A stretch of 64,000 nucleotides of DNA from Narcine bancroftii (taxonomy: Eukaryota), in assembly GCF_036971445.1 (NCBI RefSeq), contig NC_091471.1:298220001-298284000 (forward strand). The letters run 5' to 3'. The notes below the pieces were generated by a model. That model was given only the letters and a program-made list of their open reading frames with translations. It made no database searches and was not told where the DNA came from. Below are positions 49,761 through 62,399 of this stretch, one piece after another; positions within the stretch are counted from its first letter, which is position 1, and every line of letters begins with the position of its first letter. A program made the translations under genes and the position numbers.

Positions 49761-51029
49761 ACCCAAGTGGGGCTGCACATCCCATAATGTACTGCGACAT
49801 TAAAAATAATCTTTCTACTCCACCACAAAATTACACTGAAACTTATTTCGGGTGGGAGTACATAATTACAGATACCTGTTGATGGTTTGAGCGAGGAAGG
49901 TTATTAAAGTAAAACAGAAAATGTTGGAACACTCAGCAGATAGGCAGCATCCATGGAGGAAGAAAACAGTTCACATTTTAAGTTGAAGGACTGTGCCATC
50001 AAATGCCGTGATCTCCCCCCACTCTCAATGAAACATCCAGCCCCGCTTCATCCACTTTAGCTAAATGCAAAGAGAATTCAAAATAGTTGATGAAGCAGAT
50101 ATGTTTGTTTTTTTTTGCTATTTTAGCAAAGTTTCAGGTTAATATGGGAAATTATCACTGGTACGTGCAGAGCAGGTCTCACAATGGATCCTGGTATACT
50201 GTTGCGTTACAATGCAAAGCAGTGCTGCCATCTTCTCAAAGACCAAGGCACAGCCGATGTGTGATTCACCACTGCCCCACAGGCTTCTACCAAGCATTTT
50301 TAAATCAAAGTGGGAAACTAGGGTTCGTCATTTCTCCCTTGGCTGCAGCTAGTTGACACAGGAGCAGGGGTTGGCCATCCGGCCAGTAGCGCCTGCTTCG
50401 CCATTTAGTAGGACCGCAGGCTGATCTGTCATTGGGAGTAGAAAATGGGTAATACAGGAAGGCGAATCAAATAGAAACATGTTGAAATTACTGATTACAA
50501 AGTTTACACACTGACAATTAAGTATTTTGAGAGAAGAGAGGAGTAAAACATTGGTTATGTATCTTTATCATTGCTACCTTGACCTGCCGAGTTTTAACCA
50601 TATAACCATATAACTGTTTACGGCGTGGAAACAGGCCATGTTGGCCCTTCAAGTCCACGCCGGTTCACTTGAACAACTCCACTAGCTTCCCCCTCCTGCT
50701 CTCCGCCCATAACCCTCCAACCCCTCACATCCATGTACACAACCAACCTTCTCTTAAATGACAGAAGGCATCTGAACTTCAGCTGAGTTTGTAGTACTGA
50801 TTCTCTACAATTTTAAAAATGTTAAGATCCAAAGAACGATTTCTATAGGCAGATGCCAACACCTGGTTAAGCCACCCCACAAATAAATCAGGGCAACCAC
50901 TCTGGGACAATCAGCTGTGAATCTAACAGACAACCAATGAGAACAGAGGGTTTCATGACCATAAGTGGTGTCAAGGAAGGTCCTAGATAGACTTTGTCTT
51001 CATGGTGAAGGCTGTCACAGTCAGAACCA

Positions 51030-51170
51030 TTGACATTATGCCGGGTTCTTCTCTGACCACTGCCTCCTTCATGCTTCCTGCCACCTGCAGGAGGACCAGA
51101 AGGTGGGCAGAAGAACGTGGAAGCTGAACGAGAAGTTGCTGAGCCCAGAGAATGTAGAAGAACTAAAGAA
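51030..51170 (+). mobile_element. Tx1/L1 endonuclease fragment
   Basis: 'FSDHCLL...GRRTWKLNEKLL', the SDH...WKLN end of an APE domain. Confidence 0.65.
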
Positions 51171-51334
51171 GGGGGAAAAAGTTGCTGAAACACTGCAGCA
51201 AAAGTTTTATAGAGAGTCATTTTGGTGTCACCCCCTTTCATGGTGTCATCTGGTGCAGTCCGCACTCCCCCACTACCCCCTCCCCCCGTGATGTCAGTGA
51301 AACGTCCCGTAAACTATATGCCCTCTATACATTC

Positions 51335-51850
51335 ATTTGACATTGATACCCCAGGAAAAAAAGATTTTATCTTATCTATGTCTTCTTAATCACAAACTTC
51401 TCATAGGTCACCTCAGCCAATGACACTCCAAAGAAAACAACTAAAGGTTGACAAACCTCTCTTTGTAGCTAATCCAGTCCAATCCAGGCTCTATCCTGGT
51501 GAACCTTTTGTATCCTCTTCAAAGTCTCTGTCCTCTTCCTGTAAACTAGTGATTAGAACTGCACACAGTACTCCAAACGTGGCTCCACTAGATACTGACA
51601 TGTTACATCCCCTACTATCTTCTACTTTCTGCAGACAAGCCATTTCTGAATCCACACAGTCAAAGTTGAATGACTTTCTGAATGAATTGACCTCGTCAAA
51701 TGCCTTACTAAAATCCATTTACACTGCATCTACCTCATCAATTTCTTTTTTTAATCCCTCAAAAAAGTAATTAGGCTCGTGAGGCATGACCTTCCTCTCT
51801 CAAGCCATGCTGACTGTCCCTGAGGCTATACATTTCTAAATGCTTGTTTT
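51335..51850 (-). mobile_element. Highly deleted CR1 fragment
   Basis: 'MDFSKAFDEV' RT motif and CR1 3' sequence. Confidence 0.7.
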
Positions 51851-53153
51851 ATGGATATCTGCAGCACTTTTTCCAAACTTGTCCATGTGAAGCAACGTAG
51901 TCCAATTGCCTCTGTTTGGCCTAGAACATTCTAAACCTTCTCTATCCACATTTCTTTTTGTTTCCAGTTAAGTCATCCCAGTAAAATTATAGCAATGACA
52001 TCTTCCTGACATCATGGATCAGTATGCTGAAGCCAAAGTTAAAACAAAGATCCAACTCCTTCCATCTACTCCTAGCTCAAACTTTGCAGTTGTTGGAGAT
52101 CATCAAACTCAACTCCACAACACCAATACACAATTTACTTAGGGCAGTGCTCTAGGCTCAACCATTGTCCGCTGGATTTTCAATGATCTTACTTTCAAGG
52201 TAACATCAGAAATAGAAACGATCTCAGATAATTACATAGCATTCAGTTCTGTACAAAATTCATCAGTAGGTCCTTGAACTTACAGCTGTGTCTGGTAAAT
52301 GACAAGTAACATTCCCACACAAATGACACGAGGAACTGGAAATCTAACCACCTCCCCTCATGATTCAACAGCATTGCCATCGATAAATATCTAAATATCA
52401 CACCATCAGCAATATGAGTGGGCCATCATGATCAGAAAGTCAAATGGATCATCTGCCTAAAATAATGAGCCCTTTTCAGACGGGAGATCCTGTGCTGAGC
52501 GATTCTTCATTCCATCCTCTAACACCTCCCCATTTATAAGGCTGAAGCCTGTTAGATGATAGAACACTGCTCCAGTGTCAGAATTTCAATATTTTTCAGG
52601 ATAAAGCGTGCAATTATATTTGCTGTTTAAATATTTGGCTAATTATTGGAATGTTTTAATCTGAGGCAATTGATAACAAATATAGTAGCTGTTTGAAATT
52701 GATCTCAACATCAGGAATTAATCTCATGTAAACAGCAGAGAGGTTTTATTGTGAGTTTTAAGTAAAAGAATGGCAAGAAAGCAGATGATGGGTATTTCAA
52801 TGGAAGAGGAAAAGGGAAGAAGATGGAAAGGAGTCCAAGGATGCAACAGACAAAGGAAATGTGGAATGTGCTACTGAGGATGTGTAAAGAAATGGGTGCG
52901 GTGACAGGAGCATGGTATTTAAAGGCTGATGTGGGATTTCTCAATTCCTCCACTTTTCCCCTGCTCCCCCCTCTCTAGCATCATTCTTCCTCTGCCCAAC
53001 TCTTATTTCTCTACTTTTTCACATCTTCTCCCTTCACTCACTTGGATACTTCTCACTCTCCACCTGCCCCACAAAGACAAAACCTTTTCCTTCCGCACCC
53101 TCTAAAAATATTGCTTTTCTAATTCTGATGTGCAATGTTAAAGATGTTGATAA

Positions 53154-53306
53154 TACAGTACACAAAAGTGCTGTAGAAACTCAGCAGGTCATGCATCCAT
53201 CCAAGGACTTTCCTGACAATGGGCTCAGGCCTGAAACACTGAGTTTCCCCAGCACATTTGTGAACTGCACTAGATTCCAGCATCTGTAGATTGTCTTGTT
53301 TACCTC
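53154..53306 (+). mobile_element. Penelope pseudo-LTR insertion with inverted 5' piece and 14-bp TSD
   Basis: TSD aaagatgttgataa at 53140-53153 and 53307-53320. Inverted arms cacaaaagtgctgtagaaactcag / ctgagtttccccagcacatttgtg. Confidence 0.75.
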
Positions 53307-54344
53307 AAAGATGTTGATAACATTATTTTACATAAATGTAAGTTACAATGCTAATTAAGAACACAGCAACTGATGTAAAAAATTTTTTTGCTGACTTCAG
53401 GGAATAAACAAGCCAAAATTACATACTTATCTCTGTTATTTTTAATACCGTAATTTTTCATCATTAACGAATTCTGGTATTTGCTTTTTGAGTCACGGCC
53501 AAATTTCTCAAGGATTGCAAGTATCTCTTGAAGTGTAACACCACCTTTGTACAAGTTAGGCTGCAAGAGGATTGACAGGTATACTCTAAGGTGGACAAGC
53601 AGTGGAACAAATAAGTCATGATTCCCCAAGTACCTGAAACCACTTCAGCAATGCTTTCACCAGTGGCAGATTCAGTACACCAGCTGTGCACTGCCCCTGT
53701 GCTCAACATCAAAGTTCACAAGTAATCATACAGATTGTTCTTGCAACCATCCACTGTCGTTTACAGCCACTGATTCATGTTTTGAATATCAGTTACAGGC
53801 AAAAAGCTAGTACAACTTTTTATTAAATTGCACCATATTGGCATGTTCATTTTAAAAAAACAATTCCCTCTGCCTGTCAGGCACTAGTAACCTCAGAACT
53901 CGCTGAGTAAATGCATTTTCCACCGTAATACTCTTCCACTTTTCACTTTGCCTCCATGATCCTTGTCATTCACAATCCAACATAATTTCTACATAATTCT
54001 GGGGAGAAGCTACTTTGATCTATTATCCAAGATCAATTAATATGTTCCATCTGTTCATGTGTTTCTTTGCCAAAGATTCAATTTCAATGCCCCATGCAAG
54101 CACTGGTTACTTCACTACAAAAGCCAGACTCATTTGCTGAGTCCCTACCATGCTGCTATTTATGGTAGCATTTCCTTCATTTCCACCTGCGGTGTTTTTC
54201 CCAGACCTGCGGTCAAGTGCGAATGATAAACTTTTCATATCTGTACCCATTTCTCTGCTATCTTTGTAACTAAGGCCAAGACTTATCTAAAACTTCTAAC
54301 AAGTTGTCAAGAGCGGGTCTTTCACAGTATGTTCTTTTCCATGC

Positions 54345-54895
54345 TAATCAGAATCAGAATCAAGTTCATTGACGTGAACATGTGTCACAAAATTCGTTGA
54401 TTTGCGGCAGCAGGATTGTGCATTTCAGGTGCAAGAATTGCTATAAATTACATTTCCATAAATACACTATTTCAAAATAAATAAATTAGTTCAAAAGAAG
54501 AGAAATAAGTGAGGTTGTATCTGTGGTTCGTTGTCCATTCAGAAATCTGATGGTGGAGGGGAAGAAACTGTTTTTGTACTGTTAGATGTTCGTCTTCAGG
54601 CTCCTGTACCTCCTTCCTGATGGCTGCATTGAGAAAAGGGCATGGCCTGGGAGGTCCTTGATGATAGATGCTGCTTTCTTTCTCTTATAGATGTCTTTAA
54701 GGAAGTGAAGACGGATGCCCATGATGGCAGAGTTCACAGCTCTCTGTAATCTTTTCCTGCTCTTGTGCATTGGCACCTCCATACCAGAAAGTGATGCAGT
54801 CAGAACGTTCTCCATAGAAATGTACAAGAGTCTTTGGTTATAAACCAAATCTCCTCAAAGAAGAGCCACTGGTGAGCCTTCTTCATGAATGCACC
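54345..54895 (-). mobile_element. Rex1/Babar LINE 3' fragment
   Basis: 'KAASIIKDLPGHALFS..PSGRRYRSL' and (ATTCTG)n tail. Confidence 0.82.
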
Positions 54896-56014
54896 TACCC
54901 TTTTGGACCTCAGTCTGTACAGGAGGAATTACACCTGAACAAATGTCTTCTTAGTCTCCTCCTGTGAGATTGGGATGATCTGAGTAGAATTGCTTAGCCT
55001 CGTCTATATCGTCTAACTTCTTGACACACTAAGCTGGTATTGTTCAATTGCAAATTGCCACTCCTTGGCGCAACACATGGTATCATGCATTGTGTGCATG
55101 CTAGCTCTATAGATTGGTATCATCGCAAGTTAGCATTCTACTTATTTTCAAAATGAAAGCTGGTCTTAACCTTGACAACATTTCCTGACTACTGACTGTT
55201 AGTTCTTACAAATCCCCAGCCTGCTTTTGATTTTCTTGTTTCCAAAGTTATTTTTGTTTTTATGCAATACCAGATGTTAGTGTTACAAAACCCCAACCAT
55301 TTATGGAACGCGAACATTTTTTTGAAATAACCTGGGTGCCTGGAGAACCAACGACTTCTCTGTGTGTGCTCAGCCACGCAGCTTGGGGAAAGGTGCATCA
55401 AATGATTGGCTGAAAACCTGGCAGATGTTGGAAAATAGTTTCCACTGCAGATCACGACGTTATATTCGTGGCAAATATCCATTGCATTCACATTAATCAT
55501 TAATAAAAATAAACAATGTGCTCAGTTCAGAAACTCAGTGTACCTGAACAAGTTCCCACCAGCATTTCCACCTTCATTTTGAATCTGATTAGGCAGTTTT
55601 GGTCACAGTTTTTCAAGCTACTTGTGCAGAAATATTTTTTGTACAGTTGGACGTTATATTGAGAATACTGGTGGCATGACCAGGAACTAATTAATTGATT
55701 TATGCATTCAATAACTGCATTGTGAACTCCTGTCAATTATATTGCAACCACTTGTAAATCTAACACTGCTCAGAATGATTTGTCAGTGGAGGGATGTTTT
55801 TGTTTGCAAATAAATGCTCCAATAGATTTTACTTAGATTGCTGAATGATAAGCATGAAGCTCCATCCTGCAGCTCTATCAACACCTCACAAACAGAGTCA
55901 CAATCCCGTCTGCTAAACTCTCATGGCATCGATTGCATTTTATTTATGTTTTAAAGTCTCAACTCTCAATATCCATACTTGACGGATTACTAACTGTGAA
56001 ATAGAGTGTCTGAA

Positions 56015-56160
56015 TCAGGCATGGTTATGGGCAGCAGTTGGCAGTTACCAGTCTGACAACCCAGATTTGATCTTGACCCAGGAGCTCTTTGTGTGAAATT
56101 TGCATGCTTACCATGTGACCGTGTGGGTTTCCTCCAGGTGCTTCAGTTTCCTCCCACCTC
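56015..56160 (+). mobile_element. V-SINE-like 5' half
   Basis: gtgtgggtttcctccaggtgcttcagtttcctccc domain. Confidence 0.65.
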
Positions 56161-56290
56161 CCGTGTCGGGCGTTAGATGGGATAGGATGGGATGGGATGG
56201 GTCTAGGAGCAAGGGGGTTTGGGTACCAGGGCTAGGAGCAAGGTGAGGCAAGGACAGTGACCCCCCCCCCTTTAAGGTTAACAATTTTAC
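56161..56290. repeat. Unclassified interspersed repeat; second copy at ~61655-61787
   Basis: gttagatggga...ggctaggagcaaggtgaggcaaggacagtgac...tttaaggttaacaattttac is present in both places. Confidence 0.85.
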
Positions 56291-57129
56291 TCCTTGCAGG
56301 CAAACGGCAAAAGTAGTGAAAGGGGAATTATTGAGTACATATGTGAGAAAATAATCTGAAAAGATGTTGGAAATACAGAGATGAGAAAGAGAAATGATGG
56401 AATTACTCTGAATGAACATTCTTCTGTGCAGTTATAGGAGTGCCACTTACCAAAGACCAGTACCATTTATCCATTGACATGATCTGGAATTAAGTCTGGA
56501 ACTTGGAAAGCCTAGTTTCGTTACTAATGTCCATACCAATGCCCTTCTCTAGAGGAAGGCTGTTGTCCTAGATGTGCTGACCCTACATGTGACTCCAGTC
56601 CCGCAGCAAAAGTGGTTGACACATAATGTCCTCTGAAACCAGAAGCAGGGAAATTAGGGATGGATTATTTATGTAGCCTCGACTGCAAAGTTTGCAGCCT
56701 GTGAAAGAATTAAAAAACAAATTTCTGCCAGCAGAATTTCAAAAGCTCCAAGTCAGTATTTTTCCTGTTGTTAATTAGCACCCAGTGACTGGCAGCATAG
56801 GGATACAAAAACATCATTTGTTCCATTTTCTAAAGGGACCAAGTGGTAACAAATGGAGATAAAAGTCTCAGTATTACAAACTCCAAAGAGTAACAGAATT
56901 ACACAGCAGATCAGGCAGCAGCTGTGATGGAGATGGGAAAGAAATACAGGAGGATCAGAGGGAAAATCACCAGGCTGAGAAACAGCTTCCTCCCATGGCC
57001 ATTGAGATTATTGAATGAATGATGAGCTGCTCACCCAAACCCTCCAAGGTCACCATTTATTTAACAATATTTATTTATTTTTATTTATATGTACCTGTAC
57101 TGCATATTGTTTGTCTCTATATTTTAAAT

Positions 57130-57358
57130 TTAGACATACAGCACAGTAACGGGCCATTTCAGCCCACGAGTCTGTGGCGTCCAATTTACCCCCGATTAAA
57201 CAAACCCCCCCCCCCGATATATTTTGAGGGAAACTGGAGCCCCTGGGGAAAACCCACACAGACACGGGGAGAATGTAGAAACTCCTTACTGATTCAAACC
57301 CCAGTCCTGATCGCTGGTGCTGTAAAGGCATTGCACTGGCCACTTCGCCAATCATGCT
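57130..57358 (-). mobile_element. V-SINE-like element
   Basis: Reverse complement of the 6035-6270 family. Confidence 0.75.
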
Positions 57359-57464
57359 GCCTCTCAGTATTTCAGTATGTTTGGATGTATCCTTGGATCT
57401 GGAGCTCGGGTTGCCGATGGTTTGGACTGGTCTGTGTGCCTGTGGTGGCTGTGCGAGCACTGGA

Positions 57465-59405
57465 GGTGAATCCACGAATACCCACCACTCTCTCAATAAA
57501 AAAAGTCCCCCCTCATGTTTCCTCTAAACCTTTGCCCCCTCACTCTCAACTCATGTCCTCCTGTTTGTATCTCCCCCCTTTCTTAAAGGAAAAAGCCTCT
57601 CCAGGTCAACTCTATCTTTCCCCCTAATAATTTTAAATACCTCAATCAAATTCCCTCTCAACCTTCTACACTCCAAAGAATGAAGACCTAACTTATTTAA
57701 CCTTTCTCTATAACAGACCCCGTAATCCTGGCAACATTCTAGTAAATCTTCTCTGCACTCTCTCCAATTTGTTGATAGCTGTCCTATACTTTGGCCTCAC
57801 CAACGCCTTGTGCAATTTTAACATAATATCCCAGCTCTGATTTATAAATGCTCTATCCGGGCTAAATCCCTCTGCAAGCTTTGAAACCCTTCTTCACCGT
57901 CCACAGCTCCGCCTTCTTTAGTATCATCCGCACACTTATTAATCCAATTTATCACCCCATCATCCGGATCATTAATATATATGATAAATAATAATGGACC
58001 CAATACTGAACCCTGAGGCACACCACTAGTCAATGGCTTCCAATCTGACTCTGGCATTTCCCATTCAATCATTGTTGAAACTATTTTACTACTTCAATGT
58101 TATACCTAATGATCGAACCTTCCTAACTAACCTTCCCTGAGGAACCTTATCAAAGACCTTACTAAATTCCATACATATAACATCTACTGCCTTACCCTCA
58201 TCAAATTTCCAAATAACCTCCTCAAAAAATTCAATAAAGTTTGTCAAACATGATCTTTCCCTCACAAAACCATGTTGACTGTTCCTAATCAAACCCTGCC
58301 TATCCAAATATTTACATATGCCATCTCTAAGAATACTCTCCATTAACTTACCTACTGCTGACGTCAAACTTACAGGCCTATAATTACTGGATTTACTCTT
58401 AGCGCCTTTTTTAAACAATAAAACTACATGGGCTACCCTCCAATCCTCTGGCACCAATCCCATTACTAATGACACCTTAAATATCTCCGTCAAAGCCCCT
58501 ACTATTTCTATACTAACCTCCTTTAAGGTCTTAGGGAACATCTTGTCAAGACCTGGAGACCTATCCACCTTTAGTTTTCTTAAAAGCACCAGTACTTCCT
58601 CTTCTTTAATCATCATAATTTCCATGACTTCCCTTACTTTACACAGATCAATATCCTTCTCCTTAGTAAATAATGAAAAAAAAACTGTTCAAAATCACCC
58701 CCATCTCTTTTGGCTCCACGCATAGCCGTCCACTCTCATCCTCTTCGGGATCAATGTTATCCCTCACTATACCTTTGCTCCTAAATTCTCTGTAAAAACC
58801 CTTTGGATTTATTTTCACCTTACTTAACAAAGCAACATCATATCTCCTCTTAGCCTTTCTAATTTCCTTCTTAAGTTTCTTTTTACATTCTTTATATTAC
58901 TCTAACACCTCATTTACTTCATGCTGTCTACCCTTTTTGTACAACTCTCTCTTTATCTGAACCATATTTCCAAAAACCTTTGAAAACCAAGGCTCCCCAA
59001 AACTTTCAACCTTTCCCTTCATGCTAACAGGAACACACCATCTCTGTACCCTTAAAATTTCACCTTTGAATGCATTACATTTTCCTTCTACATCCTTCCC
59101 ATAAAACAATTTATCCCAGTTCACACCTTCCAAATTTATTCTCATCTCCTCAAAATTAGCTTTCTCCAAACCAAAAATCTCAACCCTAGGTCCAGACCTA
59201 TCTTTCTTCATAGTGTTGTGATCACTGGACCTAAAGTACACCCCAACGCACCTCCGCCTCCTTTCCAAATAGGAGATCCAATACTGCCCCTTCTCTAGTT
59301 GGTACCTCTATATATTGATGTAGAAAACTATCCTGTACACATTTAGTAAACTCCAAACCATGTCCCAGTCAATGTGTGGGAAGTTAAAAATCTCCTTCAA
59401 TCACA
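57465..59405 (-). mobile_element. CR1 LINE ORF2 remnant with internal deletions
   Basis: 'SNYRPVSLTS', 'SQHGF..RSCLTN', '[17 protein letters not shown]', 'CADDTK' and the APE end 'SDHN'. Confidence 0.92.
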
Positions 59406-59739
59406 TTAAGTCCTGGAACAGATTGATCTTGAGATTAGGAGCCAGCCATTATGACTGAAATAAGGAAATATTTCTTTATCTGAAGGAGTGTAAATCTAGA
59501 GTTCTCTATCTCAGGGGACTGCGAATGTTCAGTGCTTGAGTATAAGGAACAGAAATTTGAACACCAGGTAGATCAAGGGATGTCAAGTTTGGACAGGAAA
59601 GAAAATAAGGTACAGGATCCTTGCGGGCCTGTAGGCTTGAAGAAACCTACTTCTAATTCTTATATAAGAATTGAATTGTTAACAGAAACAGTTTTGCATG
59701 CTATCCAGGCAAGTCAATTCATAATTAAATATAGTAGAA

Positions 59740-60130
59740 CTGTATTACTAAAAGAAAAGTGCAGGATGTAATGTCACAGTAAGTGAAAGAGTGCAAGATA
59801 TAGCATTACAAAGACAAAGTATAGGTGAAGTGGAAAATATGATTGAAAAAGTGCAAGGAAGAGGTCCATTCAAGAGTCTGATTACAGCAGGAAAGAAACT
59901 GCCTTGAATCTGGAGATATGTTTCCAAGCTCATGCATCTTCTCCTAATTGAAAGGGGGGAGAACAGAGTGTAATCAAGGTGGGTGGGTCCTTTAGTATAT
60001 TGGCAGCTGTCCCAAGACAACAGGAGATAGGAGGACAGAGTCAGTGGTGGTGGGGGGGGGGGGGGGTGGGGGGTTTGTGTGATGGCCTGTTCACAACTCT
60101 CAGCAGTTTATTGCGGCCTTGGGTGAACCA
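59740..60130 (-). mobile_element. Rex1/Babar-like 3' fragment
   Basis: 'THLDYTLFSPL..RRRCMSL...SFFPAVIRLLN'. Confidence 0.65.
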
Positions 60131-60864
60131 GGTAAGGCAAATGCTGGATGAGAAAGGTTTTAATCTTAGAATGCCGAAATAAGCCCTTTGTTTGGACTAA
60201 TCAGTCACTAATCTCATTTCTGTTATTCTCCTCTCATTCTTGTCAAATCCTCCCTCTCACATGGACACCAGAGGCCAGTTAATCTACCAAATTTTTGGGA
60301 TGTAGGAGAAAAATCACATGGACACAAGGAGACATGCAAACTCCACTCAGACAGGGCAGGATTGAACCCTTGAGGAGAGGCAACTGTTCTACCAGCCACT
60401 CTACTGCATGCCTTTTGATTTCATTGGATGCATTTAAAAGAATTTTTTCTCAAAAACCCTTTTAAAATCCCATTATTTTGTTTTGCTTTACACACTATAA
60501 TTACACAGCTGTGATTAATTAGCTGTTAATTTTTTTAACTGTAAATAAAAACACCAACCTTTATCCTTAATTTTAACTCTGGTTAAGTGTGGGTGAGGGA
60601 GAGAAAAGCAGTGAGTGATCAAGAACTTGGCAACAATGTTTTATATGCACAAGCCTAACAGTATTCTGGTAAAACTGCCAAGAAGTCCATCCAGTTGGCC
60701 GATGGGTAGAAGCATTATTGCTGATCAACTCATTAACACAAGGTCTCTCTCTCTGAACAAATGCTGCCTGACCTGCTGAGCTTCTCCACCATTTTCTGAA
60801 TTTATTCCTGCCCAATAACTGCTGCTTTTCCCAATGTCCTTAGTAGGGTCTCTCTCCCCACTCC

Positions 60865-62392
60865 CAAAGATGTGGAACCTTCCCTGCACTATAATTATAC
60901 AATTGCTTGGCTTTTTTGTAGAAACCCTCAACTGACTCAAGTGTAGACATTGCATCAAATGTTCTGAGCTAATTTGATTCACAATTGTCTCAAAGCAAGA
61001 GATGGGATCGTTGTCTAAGCAGGGCTCACAAAATCCTTGAGGACCCCCACCACCTCACACACAGCATCTTCCAGCTATTCCCGTTGGGAAAGCAGCAGTG
61101 ACAGATTAAGGTGGTCCGGGGTCTGCAGCACTTACTTTAATGGGGCCCTAAATAGTGTCGGCTGGCGCACGCACGGTGAGGGGGATGTGTGTGATTGCGG
61201 TACCGCCCACACCCAAGAGCATTTCTGACACTGACCCTGAATGTCCTCCATTTTGGTAATTTGAAATAGTCTTAATTATTCTTAACAAAATGATGCTAAC
61301 TTTCTCAGATCACTACATATTCAATGATTATCAATGTCATATCGAGGGAACATAGAAAGCTCTGAAATTGCACCTCTCCCTCTCCTGTTAAAACTTACTT
61401 ATACATTTTGTTAAAACAAAACTTACTTATGGCAGCTCAATGCGGGAGCAATGGTCGGCTTCGTTATGCATAATTCCCCCATGCAGCTGAAACCACTCTG
61501 TGTTTCCTTGGCTCTGGAAGAGTGGTTCCAGGTGCATGGGGGATTATGGGTAACGAAGATGGCCATTGCTCCTGTATTGAGACGTTGCCGTGAGCTGCTG
61601 GGGCAGCCACGAAGTCCGGTGAACTCTGGCAGCCCCGGTGAACTACACCCCCGCTGTCATGTTGGGAGTTAGATGGGATGTGATGGGAGGGCTGGGTCTA
61701 GGAGCGGGTGGGGGGGGGGGTGCCGGGGCTAGGAGCAAGGTGAGGCAAGGACAGTGACTTCCCCTCCTTTAAGGTTAACAATTTTACCCTCTTATCACCT
61801 TTAATTAGACTATTGTGCAGCGGCTAAGAGATACAACACACCCATACATCTAGCTGCAGCAAACAAAAAGAATTCCCATGTATTTGCATATTGTACTTAT
61901 GTGTATGACAATAAACTTTCATCATACGTCTCATGAATGAAAGAGCAAGTAACAAAGAGAAAGGATCCATTGCATTAACGATAAATAGAGAATTCTGCTA
62001 CCTTATTCAACAAGTCCATTTGTCAATTTGCCATTGCCTTGCTCTTAGTAATGAAAAGGCTACTCAACTGGAGTAAAGTTACTCAATATTTTAGTTCTCA
62101 TAACTGGAAGTTCCAACTCCACTTCTGAAGCATCCCAGGGTTCCAGTTTCACTACATGTTTGATCCTCATTTTTGTTTGTTTTGGATCTATTTTCCAGAC
62201 AAATATATAATTTAACTGTTACCATCAGAATCCCTTGCAAAAACAAAGTGACTGCAAAGATGTGGAACTTTCCCTACACTATAATTATACAATTGCTTGG
62301 CTTTTTTGTAGAAACCCTCAACTGACTCAAGTGTAGACACTGCATCAAATGTTCTAAGCTAATTTGATTCACAATTGTCTCACAGCAAGAGA
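60865..62392. repeat. 138-bp direct repeat pair (60865-61002 and 62255-62392)
   Basis: Five substitutions and no indels by eye. Confidence 0.92.
61426..61594 (+). repeat. Imperfect palindrome / long hairpin
   Basis: ~73-nt arms (61426-61499 and 61519-61594) around a 19-nt loop. Confidence 0.88.
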
Positions 62393-62399
62393 GGCAAAA

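Noticed and set aside
57019-57627. 202-aa + strand ORF
   Set aside because: It runs across a LINE tail, an antisense SINE and antisense CR1 sequence, so it is a chance ORF.
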